A DNA stretch of 63,896 bases, counting the filler, from Gonapodya sp. JEL0774 (taxonomy: Eukaryota): NCBI GenBank assembly GCA_027604505.1. It is 30 parts of 30 records of this genome, joined end to end, with 100 filler letters (N's around TTAATTAATTAA, not from the genome) between each part and the next. Parts side by side here need not be neighbours in the genome. Positions count along the whole stretch, not along the records: positions 1 to 2,046 come from JADIIX010002311.1; positions 2,147 to 4,190 come from JADIIX010002312.1; positions 4,291 to 6,333 come from JADIIX010002313.1; positions 6,434 to 8,475 come from JADIIX010002314.1; positions 8,576 to 10,617 come from JADIIX010002315.1; positions 10,718 to 12,759 come from JADIIX010002316.1; 24 more parts are not named here. One strand, 5' to 3'. Shown here piece by piece: positions 1 to 12,859 of the stretch (position 1 is its first letter; each line of letters begins with the position of its first letter). Made by a program: the position numbers and the translations under genes. A model generated the notes under the pieces. That model searched no databases, was not told the origin of the DNA, and worked only from the letters and a program-made list of their open reading frames with translations.

Positions 1-546
1 CCTTGTGGTAACTCTGCCATTAAAACTTTGCCACCTTGCCGTTCCCCTACTTTGCGTCCCGCATACTCCCCGGCGAGCATGGTTCCCGTCAAGAAGAGCG
101 TTCCGCGGACAGACGGAAAGGTGAGGCGTAACTGTGAAGGTGACATGCGGACTGGGCGGAGTGAGATGTGTCGTTATCATTCATGGGAAGATGGTACCCT
201 GATACACTTACCAAGGAGGGCGGCGCCGAGAATGCCACTAACAGTTCCAGGTATCCCTACATAGATACCATACGAATTCCCAAATTCCGTAAACGTGGCA
301 TTTGCGGAAGCATGGAGGGCCATGGTGAGTTGATTCTCTCCAATATCGCATACGACGAACCAGCCCACGACTGCACCCACAATGCTACTTCGGCAAAGAC
401 TTACAGTACATGTAAAATGCCGCCCTCGCCTTCTCGACGGCCTTGGCTTCTTCGTCAGTGGGTTTATATATGCGGAACACATCAAAGGGGTTCGTTGACG
501 ATCGGAGAAGAGAGGACGCATTGGGAGACACAGGGGGAGAAGTCAT
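1..546 (-). CDS. Small hypothetical membrane protein, spliced, 3' truncated
   Basis: ATG at 546 gives MTSPPVSP...KARAAFYMY, followed by a GTAAG donor. Downstream exon candidates read GIYVGIPGTVSGILGAALL and LRLTFPSVRGTLFLTGTMLAGEYAG (Gly-rich hydrophobic segments). Exact junctions were not resolved. Confidence 0.4.
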
Positions 547-2046
547 GACGCAGTCGATGGGGTTGTGAAGGACAGGCTGTGATGGGATAAGCGGGTGTTT
601 GTAATGTTGAGAAGAAGTCTCATCGGACCACGGCACAGCACAACTCTCCCGGTTCAAATGATGAATAATCGACATGCTCTCACGTGATACGCGGCCCCAA
701 CAGAAGATTTCAGTGTCGCTACCAATCTCACTGTGCAGTAGTTCACTAGTAACGTAATAGGACTGGTGTGTTGAGGGGTTGAACGAGTGTGCACAGTCCA
801 CGCCTAGAACCACACTTTCTCTTATCTTCCTCTGTTATCCATCTTGAAAGGCCTCTCTTCTACCTCCGATATACTTGCTTGTGATGCTTGACATTGTTGC
901 AGCTCTACGTTCCTACGTGTCTTTGATACTTCCCGGCTGTAGTTCCATTCCCGGAGGTGATGCTTCAGATTCGAGCTCCTTCTCACTGGATTCTCAGTCT
1001 CCCCATTGCAAGATGCGGGGGTCTCCTTGCAATCAACCTCGTTCAAGTCGCATTTGCAGAAACATCCAAGTTTTCGCCGGCAACAGTGCGCACGAGCTTT
1101 CTTGATTGCGCATCTGCCGGCGAGCAATGGTGTACTCCAAAATGCCTGCATAGGCGCTTTTTCTGTGCCTTGTGTCGAGTGCATTTTCAGACAGTGGCTC
1201 CTTTTATGTGACTGCCTTTCTGGAGAATCTGATCCCTTCCATGATCACGACGGTCACCCCCTGTACGCACTGATTTACATCTGCGACCTACTTAACCACC
1301 ATGTTGGTCTGCTCATAGTCCCCAGTGCAATAGACATGGCCTTCCACGCAGTCACTGTTCGTTCAAACTCTCCGCGACGTTTTGCGGGGCTGAGAGGAAT
1401 GGCGGCGTGCCGTGGAGTGGAATCGCGTAATAGACAGCGCTCTCTCTCCTTCTACTGGCTCAGGCTGGTTGGAGTCGGTGAGGGGGAGCGCTCACCATGA
1501 CCGCGAAAATACTTGTCGTGTTGACGGATTCTGAGGTCTCCCAAATGAACTGCGAATCATGACCGAATCCTTGAAAACCGTTGACATTCATGGCTAGATC
1601 TGTTTGAAGAATTTAAGTGACTTATAGGAGCCCCAAGTTTGAAATATCCTACGATTTTTGTCTCAACCCGCTCTCAGTAGCCTCCTTGCTCCAGTGCCAC
1701 GTTTGAGACCAATTCTTGACAGCTGAAAGGCTTCAACTTATGATGGATTTTCGGTTCTCGCCGGCTATTGCTAGTAGGTCATGAAAGAGAACCACATTCG
1801 AGAGGACAAACTAAGGTCATATCGCTGGTTGCTCATTCCCCTTTTCCGCGCCCGGGTGTAAAATGTTCCCCACCGTGGCCCTTTTTGACCTCAAGACCCA
1901 GGTTCTAGTTACTGCCTGCAGTACGCACGAACTACGGAATGACTCTGCGAAAAATGGAAACCTTGTGTAACGTGCGGTTCATATTCGGTACCGTGAGTCA
2001 TGAGCAAGACTCGCTTGTAAGACCTATTTGAAGGGGAGGCAACTTT

Positions 2047-2146
2047 NNNNNNNNNNNNNNNNNNNNNNNNNNNNNNNNNNNNNNNNNNNNTTAATTAATT
2101 AANNNNNNNNNNNNNNNNNNNNNNNNNNNNNNNNNNNNNNNNNNNN
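2047..2146. other. Artificial contig linker (N44-TTAATTAATTAA-N44), first of 29; the last is at 61777-61876
   Basis: An identical 100-nt spacer with stops in all six frames recurs about every 2.13 kb. Contig lengths fall monotonically from 2046 to 2020 nt. Confidence 0.99.
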
Positions 2147-2964
2147 CACAGATGCTGTATACGATTCAAGGAGCGGGCTGGCCTGTGGCCATTCACTGGT
2201 TCAAAGGGAGAGACTGAGGTGGAAGGTACTTTGTTTGATATAAACGAGTCAGAGATTGGAAAGCTGGGGTGAGTTGGCCTGCGCTTGCCCCGCACTTCAT
2301 ACCGAACGATCACTAAACGAACTAGCCTCTGCCGGAAAGCGGGCACTGGCATTCCCACCTGGATCGTCTGGATAAAAAGAACGGCTCCCCAATACAGCGC
2401 TTATGGACTGTCAATCCGTGGCCAGAGGACAGTGAAGATCAGTTCGGTTTTACACAGTATGCAAGTGAGTCTTTCTCGTGAGATGTCATGTACGTGTCAC
2501 CAGACAACCCACCTGTGACTCACACTGCACTTTGCGATCGCATTCCATACCCATCCGCTCATGGCTGTGAAGTCGAATTGAACGGTACATCCCGCGAATG
2601 CCCTCAGTATCAAATGCGCGTACTAACAATACCCACTTTTGCATTTAAAGATCTCCCTCCTACTCTCCTTCCTCTCCTCCCTCGCACCGACTCCCGACTT
2701 CGTCCTGATCAACGCCTTCTGGAACAAGGTCATCTCAGCTCTGCAGAACGTGCAAAGGTCTTCCTTGAGGAGCGCCAACGAGAGCGACGAAGGGCTGGGA
2801 GGGACGCACGACCACGATGGTTCGAGACTCGAAATGATAAGTTTAGAGACGATGGAACTGGTACGACGTGGATGTACAAGGGGGGATATTGGGAGAGACC
2901 CTGGATAAGTGATGTGACCACAGGCGACGATTCGGAGCAGCTTCCTGAAATCTTCGCATTGTAA
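2147..2964 (+). CDS. Oxysterol-binding protein (Osh/ORP family), C-terminal part, spliced
   Basis: LPRTDSRLRPDQRLLEQG...AERAKVFLEERQRERR...PRWF...WMYKGGYWE is the ORD C-terminal signature. An upstream exon has QFGFTQYA. Confidence 0.93.
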
Positions 2965-3005
2965 GCCATACTGAGTCACTTCAGTACACACTTATATATA
3001 CAACG

Positions 3006-4190
3006 CTACTCGATTCCATCATCTCTTGTGCCCCATCGTGCCTTTACCTCCTCGCACTCCGCCGTCTCCTCCTCTTCCGTCCCAACACACTTGCGCCAGT
3101 CCGCCCTCTCGGGAACGCCCAGAAACTTTGCCAACAATAGACCACCAAATTGCACATTAATCCGTGGTCCAAACCCGGTGGAGCGGGAAGGCCGGGGTGG
3201 CAGATTTACTGGGTCACTAGTTGAGATGTGTTCAGCGTCAGCTCGGGGTGTGAGAACGATTTGTCGAACGATGGCGGCCGGATCAATAACAGGGAGCATG
3301 AAACGAATGTAAGGATCCGTAACGTCGACCTTCGCATCGATCGAGCAAAATGAGTGGTTAGTGGTGATAAACTTGCTTTGATTCGTTTGCGTTACACTTA
3401 CAGGCAGCGCATCATCCCCCTCTTCCACTTTGAGTCCTGCTCTTTCTGCCTCATCTCTCAACGCCGTTTCAAAGTCCAAAGCCTTCTCACTGGGTATAGA
3501 CAAACTTTGTACGTGGTAGTGCTGCACCCTTTTGCTCTCCGGGCCTCCGTGGCTCCCTCCGCCTCCACCAAAAATCTCAAACGATACCACGGAGTTCCCA
3601 CGCTCAAATTCCATGCTCCGAATGCCCTTCAAGTACGCCTCCACTTGGCTCCTCGCTGCCGTCGACTCCGCATCACTGACGCCCGCCTGCTTGAGCAAGT
3701 GATTGTGCGAAGGGTAGTGTCCTACTGTTACAGCGATGTAGTGGCCTCCGCGAACGATTGGTCCACGGGGTATGGAGAGATAGCACTCCGAAGAAATTGA
3801 GACTAGGAGGTGGGTCAGGAGTTTTGGCGTGGACAGACAAAACCAGCAGTCGGCGGGTTCTGCGGTGGCCGAGCTCCGAGCCTTTTCATTACCAACACCA
3901 CTGCTACTGGATCCAGCAAGAGCGATTTCACAGTCCTGTATCCAGTGGCCAGGCTTCCCGCACAATCTACATGTATAAGTATCGGGTGGAGGTCTCCGTC
4001 CCTTACTTTCCCTAGTTCCACTAGCTGCCACATTCTCCGCTCGTTCTAACTTAGAAGGACAATCCTGAATCCAGTGGCCCGGTTCATTGCAGATCCGACA
4101 TACATATCTTCGAGGCGGAGGGCGTCCATCACCACCCGCGTGCTTTTTACGAGGTTGAGTGTCGGTAGCAGAGAAGAAGAAATTACCGTC
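3006..4190 (-). CDS. CWF19-like protein 1 (CwfJ domain; Drn1/Mug161 type), 5' truncated, with two CCHC zinc knuckles
   Basis: CWFCLS...HLLVSISSECYLSIPRGP, HYHVQ, QFGGLLLAKFLGVPERADWRKC. Knuckles are CRICNEPGHWIQDC and CRLCGKPGHWIQDC. A probable in-frame 72-nt intron lies at 3330-3401. Confidence 0.9.
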   Translation of the reverse strand, partial: DGNFFFSATDTQPRKKHAGGDGRPPPRRYVCRICNEPGHWIQDCPSKLERAENVAASGTRESKGRRPPPDTYTCRLCGKPGHWIQDCEIALAGSSSSGVGNEKARSSATAEPADCWFCLSTPKLLTHLLVSISSECYLSIPRGPIVRGGHYIAVTVGHYPSHNHLLKQAGVSDAESTAARSQVEAYLKGIRSMEFERGNSVVSFEIFGGGGGSHGGPESKRVQHYHVQSLSIPSEKALDFETALRDEAERAGLKVEEGDDALPVSVTQTNQSKFITTNHSFCSIDAKVDVTDPYIRFMLPVIDPAAIVRQIVLTPRADAEHISTSDPVNLPPRPSRSTGFGPRINVQFGGLLLAKFLGVPERADWRKCVGTEEEETAECEEVKARWGTRDDGIE

Positions 4191-4494
4191 NNNNNNNNNN
4201 NNNNNNNNNNNNNNNNNNNNNNNNNNNNNNNNNNTTAATTAATTAANNNNNNNNNNNNNNNNNNNNNNNNNNNNNNNNNNNNNNNNNNNNAGCATGTGCT
4301 GCCATTCATTTTGCAGGATATCGCACTTTCAAAAGTACGTCTTAATTTTGTAATAGAGCTCTGTATTATTTATTCAGTAATTGTAAGTCGAAATAGTCCC
4401 AAAATGGACATAGTTGGGGTGGATATGCCCGATCGAGGTTATTTTCCCGCATCCCCATTCCGCACACCTGCATGGTGCAAGCTAAACAAAGCCG

Positions 4495-6333
4495 ATGGTA
4501 TCTGGCCTTCTGCTCATGGTTCTCATAGGAAGTCTCGCGCTGCGTTCTTCTCACGCGCAAGACGTGACTCTGGCTGCAGATTGCGCTTTATTCGAGTCTC
4601 TGTTCGACCAATCGTCGGCAGTGCTCCCTTGGAGTCGAGGAAGCTGTTGCGGCTATAGCGGACTTGATGTGACATTGAATTACAATGGAATACGAGTTCT
4701 TCAGCGGAATATTGTGTGTGGCAACGGAAGGGTCTCCAGGGCATCACTCGTGCAAATGAATCTCACCGGTGGAATTTCATCACTCCAAGGTCTAACGAGC
4801 TTGGAATATCTGGACTTGAGCAGTAATAATTTTAGTGGACCATTCCCTTCAGTTACTGGCCTGTCAAATCTTACGATAGTCATCGCCGCCGTGAACCACT
4901 TCACCACATTCCCGACGCTGTCCGAGCTTCCTGGGCTCACCAACTTGGTGTTGCCATTGAATGACATTAGTGGACCTCTACCCAACCTGACGAGTCTCAA
5001 TGCCCTCCAGTTTCTGAGTTTGTTTGGTGTGTTAGTTCGTCCTGAGATCTGTGTCATTGAGACAGCTTGTAACTCTTTTCGTTCCCATCAGGAAACAACC
5101 TCACGGGCAATATTGATGGCCTAATACCAAAAACTATCCAGGCTTGCGCTCTCACCATAAACGGCTCGAACCCCGGCTTGTTTACTCTTACCGAAGATTT
5201 TCCTCCTTTGTGTCTCAGTGAGGGCCAAAAAATAACCGGAAGCAACAAAACTCAGAAGTACACGATGTCAGCCGCCGCCCCGTCCTTGTCCGACATGAAT
5301 GTGCCACTCGTCGCAGGTTCCGTGGCAGGGGGAGTGACCCTCGTTGCCACCGCATTGTGCACTTTTGCCGTATACTTCACCAGGAAACGTCGACAGTCTC
5401 GAGAGTTGACGGAGGTCAGGGCACCTGAGGATTCGCATTGGTTCTTCCTCCGCATCGCGGGACCACAGGGGTTAGAAACTGAGTCCAGTATTGATTACAC
5501 TGGCCCCACTTTCCTCGTCGAGAGAGCAGTGAGTCTACACGTTGTTTCGGATTTAAGTTGGTAGGGATCATATATATCGTCTTCTTCTTTTGGATATCTT
5601 ATTGCGTTCCGCTGGATCATAAAGTACGAACCCGCCTCACCCGATGAGATGAAGTTAAGTCCAGGCGCATACGTCGACATTCGAACGCTGTACCGAGATG
5701 GGTGAGTTCTCAGTTTTGCTATCTTTAACCTGCGCACAGCGTGACAACTCTCTGCTGTTGTACCCGTTAACATCAGGTGGGCTTCGGGGTTGGATCTTTC
5801 CACAGGTTCTTTCGGCACTGTTCCACTGTAAGAGGTCGCGTCATGCCCCCGTATTAACCCAATCTTGACTGATGGCAAGCTTGTGTTACAATCCATATCC
5901 TCTAATTAGAGACTGCCTCCGACTCGTCGATCACCTTCTTCCAGTGAACGAGTCATCTTCATTCCCTCTCAGAAGTGGTGATGGTTCTTTTATCAGGACA
6001 GCCTCTGCCTCCGCATCTTCCTTCGCCCGATCCCGTGTTTTTGAGAGTCGCGCTCAACTTTCACCATCGGATACCCTCATCCCCGGATCTGGCAGCTCAG
6101 GATTGGCTCATGGTGTTGGTGGTCTGTACTCTGGCCGGCGAAAACTAGCGCCAGATGAAAAGACCCTCGCATCCTCAGAGTTGGCCCCTTCCAGCTCGAT
6201 CGGCAAAACGGGATCGTTTTGGTCCGGAGCTGGAGGCGATCGCGCAAACTCCCAGTACTTCCCTCTGGAAAGTATTAGCAGAGACATCCAGTCGCAACCC
6301 ATTCCGTATACAAATGGCTCACACAAGCGGACA
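4495..6333 (+). CDS. Receptor-like protein: signal peptide, plant-type LRRs, single TM, cytoplasmic SH3 domain; 3' truncated
   Basis: Exons 4495-5026, 5092-5528, 5625-5701, 5777-5827 and 5910->6333 join in frame via GT-AG introns. LRRs such as LTSLEYLDLSSNNFSGPFP; TM VAGSVAGGVTLVATALCTFAVYF followed by RKRR; SH3 FLVERAYEPASPDEMKLSPGAYVDIRTLYRDGWASGLDLSTGSFGTVPLDCLRL. Confidence 0.85.
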
Positions 6334-6433
6334 NNNNNNNNNNNNNNNNNNNNNNNNNNNNNNNNNNNNNNNNNNNNTTAATTAATTAANNNNNNNNNNN
6401 NNNNNNNNNNNNNNNNNNNNNNNNNNNNNNNNN

Positions 6434-8475
6434 ACCTGGGAAACCCACAAGTACCCCGGCGTCAGATCGGACTCGGACCTCTACACCTTTGGGTTCGAGC
6501 ACAAGCCGTGGGTCGGGCCCCCCATCGCGACGTCGGCGGAGATTAAGTGCGTTTTGTGGAAGAAGGGTTTTTTTATTTTGGGGGGGGGGGGGGGGCGGGG
6601 GCGCCCAGGAGGCGTTAAGCTTGTTAAGTGGTTAAGTGGTGTGGAGGTGGTTGGAGGATCAGCTGGATTGGATTTCTGGGATGATTCCTCTGGCAGCGTT
6701 GGGGGGATCAGTTGGGGGATTATTTCGGGATCACTCCTCACCAGCTCACCACCCAGATCCTACCTCTCCGAAGTCATCTCCGAAAACCACATCGCCCCTC
6801 ACATCCACTACAACCTCCACATCGATTCCGCGGCCTGGGACTCTAGCGAAGCCACCTGGACCCTACGGGGACACGACGTCAAGACGAACGAGGATCGGAT
6901 GTTCTCGTGTAACTTTTTGTGGATGTGTGGGTAGGCGACGACCTGACTCGACCCATGAGATTCGAGAATGGAGAATGGTGGTGGTCCTCGCCGGTTTATA
7001 CGGTGGTGGCCGCTGCACCCTTTTCCGTGTTCCACGATCGAGCTTGGTATTGACACCCGTCTCCTCCACCCCCACCACCACCACGCGTACGGCCACACCC
7101 ACACCTCCCCACCCACCCCCTGCACCCCACCCCGCCAGGCCAAGGCTACTACCGCCACACCTCTGCCTACACTCCCGACTGGCCCGGTCTCTCCGACTTC
7201 AAGGGCGTCGTGGTCCACCCGCAGCACTGGCCAGAGGATCTGGATTACACGGACAAGAACGTGGTCGTAATAGGGTCTGGGGCCACGGCGGCGACGGTGG
7301 GTGGTGGTGTGGGCACCGGGGTGGTGGGGCGGCGGAGTGGCGGGGTGGTGGCGCGGTGGATGGGAAAGAGGTGACGTTGAGCGTATCTCTCGTCCGACCG
7401 ACGGAGAATATGGTGCTTTTCGTCCTTAAAACCCGACCCGACACCGACCGCCATTCTACCGTGTTTCTCTCACTGTGCTCGTTTTCATATACCGGTCGTT
7501 TTCTTCCCTCTTTTCTCGCTACTCTTCTTTTTCTTCTGCGCGGATCCGTTTGCCGCGGTGGTACTTGTCCCAACACCACAGGTTATCCCCGCCATGGCAC
7601 CCACCGCCAAACACGTCACCATGGTCCAACGGTCGCCCACCTACTTTATCATCGGGCGGTGAGTGGAGAGACAGGTCGTGGTCGTGCGAACTCCCTTTTT
7701 CTAGGTCATACTCTGACGTAACGTGCCGCTTCTCCCCTTGTTCTTCCTGCCGGTCCGCCTATACACCCTACCCCACCCCACCCCACCCCTCAGCAACGCC
7801 ATCGACCTCGCCGACCACCTCCGCGTGCTCAAGATCCCCGAGTCCTGGATCCACGAGATCATCCGCCGTCAAATCCTCCACGAGCAGTCGGCCTTCACCA
7901 AACGGTGCCTCGACGAGCCCGAGCAAGTGGCCAAGGAACTCATCGCGGGTGTGGCGGCGCATTTGCCAGAGGGGTTCGATGTGGCCAAACACTTCACGCC
8001 AAGATACAGGCCGTGGCAGCAGAGGATCGCGTTTATTCCCGACGGGGATATGTTCAAGTGTTTTGCGGATGGGAAGGTGAGCGGGCGGGATGGGGGGTGG
8101 GTGGGGGGGAGGGGTGTTGCCGAGAAGAGAAGCGTTTAGCTGGGTCGGAGGATTTTGCGAGGGTTGCCGTTCCTCAATGTCCGCTGTTGCACCTTCCGCC
8201 TTTCGCCACTCACGCCTGTCCTCCCTCCGATCCCCTGAATCTGAATCCCGCCAGGCCACCGTCGAAACCGACCACATCTCCCACTTCACCGCGACCGGTC
8301 TGCAGCTTCAATCCGGCAAGGAGGTCCCCGCCGACATCGTGGTGACCGCCACAGGGTTCCACCTGGCCATGTTTGGCGACATTGCCTTCACCGTGGATGG
8401 GAAACCGGTCGACTGGCACGACACTATAACGTACCGGGGGACCATGTTTACGGGCGTGCCGAATATGACCTGGGT
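6434..8475 (+). CDS. EthA-like FAD/NADPH Baeyer-Villiger monooxygenase, internal part, at least 5 introns
   Basis: [21 protein letters not shown]; spliced NFLWMCQGYYRH; BVMO fingerprint [12 protein letters not shown]; Rossmann motif [23 protein letters not shown]. Confidence 0.93.
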
Positions 8476-8575
8476 NNNNNNNNNNNNNNNNNNNNNNNNN
8501 NNNNNNNNNNNNNNNNNNNTTAATTAATTAANNNNNNNNNNNNNNNNNNNNNNNNNNNNNNNNNNNNNNNNNNNN

Positions 8576-9406
8576 TGCTGTCCCCGTACCCGCTTTTGCT
8601 GCTTCGACCCTCTTGCCTTCCTTGTCTCCCTCCTGATCATCCTCCCCGCTCTTGCTCTCACTACATTCTTCCTCTTCCCTGTAATCCCAAACGCCAATTT
8701 CCAATCCACAAGCATCTCCTCCTTTGCCCTCGTCAGTGCTAATGCCAACTCCACTCGTGCTTCCCAAGCCGCCGACGTTGTGTCTAACTGGGTCACGTCA
8801 ATGGGAGTATCCAACACCTATGCCGCCGTGGCTCGACTCATTGCTCTCGGTGGGCCTTACAGTGTCTCGGGGCAGCTGATCGTCAACTTGACCATCGACA
8901 GTCGCAATCGAGTGGATTGGGGTGTGGACTCGATCGACACCACGGTGAGTTTCTCTTCGTGACTGCGAGATCTTCCTTCTCCAGTCCAAATAAGATTATT
9001 TACATTTGTTTTTCAGCTTTACTACCCCACACCCACCACCGCACTCGCGCACGGCATTCACCCCTTCTTCGTCATCCCGCGCCTCTCCACCACCACCCTG
9101 ATCCTCCCCCTCTCCATCAATCACACCACCGCCGGATCTTTACTCAAGGACTCCACCATCCGAAGCATCACAGCCGCATGTGGTATCACCGTACCTTCGT
9201 CCTCCGAGACCACCGCGTCGGGAGACGGCCAACCTGAGATCCAACCCGACGCTGCGAACGGGAACTTGAGGATCTGGTACACGTCACGGGTCGATCTGTC
9301 GATCCTGAAGGGCGTGAGATGGCTGGGAGTGTCGTGGGCGCCTGTCATTCAGGGAGAGGTGGTCGTTCAGTGTCCAAAGGATGCGGTGTCGGGGTTGGGA
9401 GTGTGA
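8576..9406 (+). CDS. Single-pass membrane protein with LEA_2/TMEM106-like beta domain, 5' truncated
   Basis: Cys-rich juxtamembrane RFCCF, TM LAFLVSLLIILPALALTTFFLFPVIP, VNLTIDSRN, one intron after position 8944, and an end at GEVVVQCPKDAVSGLGV* (TGA 9404-9406). Confidence 0.55.
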
Positions 9407-9943
9407 TCGTGCCGTGATCACGTGTCGTGTCTGTGCAGGAGAGAATGCGCGACAACATGACGAATAAATGACAGCGTGAGGAGACATGAATTGAAGCTTC
9501 TTTGTTGTCACACACTCTGGTTTGGTGTATTAGAACATGCACACGTTTTGATTTTGAAGATTCGACTCGACATCACTTGAAATTAGCACTGAGTACTCAT
9601 CACTGAGCACTGTAGATCGAACACGCAAGCAATTGAAATATCATCAATAATACACACATTGTTTTGAAATTCTGGATACTATGCATCAGAATTCCGACGT
9701 AGCATACGAATGTCCTGCCACGGCATGGAGCCCAACGGACCAGTGCCCCAAAAGCTCTGACCGCTTGCGCGAATAGCATTTGTGTGGTACATTACGCTCC
9801 AAGATTGGTAGACGAGATCCCGGTCATGACACCCCGTAAAGACCGCGTGTACTCAATCTTATCTAGGATCTGATTCCATTACAATATAATACACCTCACC
9901 AAAAGCCTGCCCACGCCAGTGTCCCCTTACATCTTCTCGTCCA

Positions 9944-10615
<672 letters not shown>

Positions 10616-10911
10616 GTNNNNNNNNNNNNNNNNNNNNNNNNNNNNNNNNNNNNNNNNNNNNTTAATTAATTAANNNNNNNNNNNNNNNNNNNNNNNNNNN
10701 NNNNNNNNNNNNNNNNNGACAAAATCACCAGGTAGGACACCGGCACGGGTGTGTGGAAGGATCAGCGGGGTGGATTGAAGGACTTCTCGGTGGATAGTAG
10801 GGTGAGGGGGAAAGAGGCGCAGTGATTCGAGGATTCTGACATCGGAACGCCGCGTGAGGTGCGACCATTAGCACAGCATTCGTGATGTTTGAAACAACAG
10901 AATGATAGAGG

Positions 10912-11400
10912 TCACGTGCCTCCCCCGCTTTCTTTTCCCGAGCGCACAACCCACATATTCCTAGCCATCTTGCTCTCTTTGGCAAATTTCTTCCCTTTGC
11001 CCTTTTCAGCATCCAACTCTTTGTGCAACGCCACGGCCTGCTCTGGAGTCTTTGCGATACACCAGACGGACCACAGGGACGTATTGAGGAGTGGGGGATA
11101 GGCTAGCGAGTGCCAATTTGCGGACACCCTCCGGCATGCCCGTATGTACCAATTTGGTTTTCCGAGCGCGGTAGCATCACCGAGAACGCGGGATAGGTCA
11201 GCTTGAGAAGTAGTGAAGAATGGTTGGTGGAAGGGGAGGGTCAGCCTGAAGCTCGGAACATGAGAAGCTGGGAGTGGTCGTGGAAGCAATAAAGGGAGAT
11301 TCATATAAAGAGCCAGGTTCTCATATATGTAGATAATAGCATTCCGTGGTTTAACGTCGTCTCTTACTGAGTTTGAGAGTGCAGATGAGGAGATAGTCAT
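10912..11400 (-). CDS. Hypothetical protein, possibly F-box-like N-terminus
   Basis: 162-aa ORF; IRACRRVSANWHSLAYPPL weakly resembles the end of an F-box motif. Confidence 0.25.
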   Translation of the reverse strand: MTISSSALSNSVRDDVKPRNAIIYIYENLALYMNLPLLLPRPLPASHVPSFRLTLPFHQPFFTTSQADLSRVLGDATALGKPNWYIRACRRVSANWHSLAYPPLLNTSLWSVWCIAKTPEQAVALHKELDAEKGKGKKFAKESKMARNMWVVRSGKESGGGT

Positions 11401-12859
11401 GGAGGCTGGGGTGCGTCAGGCAGAGGACGGGGGAGCGTCCACAACAGTGATAACAACAGATACGAAAAGTTAAATATGAAGGAAAGTCCTGTTCATGCAG
11501 GGGCACGGGGGACGTGAAGCAACAATAGTTCCCATGGCTTTTGACATGGGCGGCAAACACTCGCTGACCGGATTAATTTTGAGGACTTGATCAGCCCAAT
11601 TACTCACTTATATTTGAGAGGCTTCCAAGTGTTCCCTTTTCCACATTTCTTGCTGGGAAACCGACGTTCGAAACACCGTCGGGAGTGGATTTGTTCAACC
11701 CAGCAGGACGCAAAGATCCACATTCCTGGAACCCATTCGATAGTTCAATTATTTATGCCATTGTGGGAATGGCTTTATGTCATCTCAAATCCTTGTCGCT
11801 CGCTCATGGCACCGCTGAGGTCGAGGTCCGGGGATTTTGAGCGGCCCATATGACGAACTCCCCATCCATACTAACAAAAGTTGTGGTGAGACTGAAAGCT
11901 CCCATAAACAGAAATATCACATCCACGGCTTACATTGCCCCCACCATCATGCATGGCGGAAACACCACCATCTGTGTGAAAAAGCATGACGGGGCCCAAA
12001 GAAACCGCACCCATGACGCGGACATCACTTGGAGTCGTGCCACCGCAAGGATTAGACACTGGAAACATTGAGCATCAGTCACTTGACAGAAATGACCCGC
12101 CGAAAGCGCCATCTCAATTCGGCTCATAATCAGCGATTCCGGCTGCTTCCCGCTCAGTGATACCATCCCATAATGGGGCACTATGTTGCACTCTTCGTTC
12201 TAATCACTCACTCATTAGAGTATTGCCTTGTGTACCTCCGTCCACTCTAATCGCCTTTGTTGTCCTCCAATCGTCGAGAGTCCAAATCGCGTAAGGGCCG
12301 GGGGAATCTGGTAGTACCAATGAAATGGCGGAAGAGAGGTCAGGTACACTGAGCGTAAGGACGTGCAGAGAAGTGGGAGCTTGAGGAAGAGAGGAAGAGG
12401 AAATGTCGGTACCCAGTAGGGACTGAAGTGGTCCGACATGCGGTATTGGGAACGTCCCGTGAGAGCAAGGCGGGGTTATCAACGTCTCAAGCGCAAGACA
12501 AAACAAGAATGCCTAGCTGTCTCGTGGTCGTACCCACTGTGTATTGAGCAGTACCACCGCTGGTGGACGTTCGCCTCAGCAAGCCCATCACTCCAATTCG
12601 AAATTGATTGCGGTCGAGGTGGCCTCTAGTGAGGCGTGGGGTAGTGACGCCGTTCCGGCGAACAGATAGAACTGATACAGAAGGGTACGAAGAGGTGACC
12701 AGAGGAAACACCCAAGAGGTGGTAGATGCATAGAGTGCTTTTGCGACGGTTCGAGAAGTNNNNNNNNNNNNNNNNNNNNNNNNNNNNNNNNNNNNNNNNN
12801 NNNTTAATTAATTAANNNNNNNNNNNNNNNNNNNNNNNNNNNNNNNNNNNNNNNNNNNN

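Noticed and set aside
3928..4110. Tandem CCHC knuckles as retroelement gag
   Set aside because: They are in frame with the CwfJ domain, and similar knuckles occur in fungal CWF19L1 homologs.
6636..7721. 361-aa ORF, and similar long Pro/Gly-rich ORFs at 59888-61832
   Set aside because: They are read-through of GC-rich introns or shadow frames of the spliced BVMO and epimerase genes.
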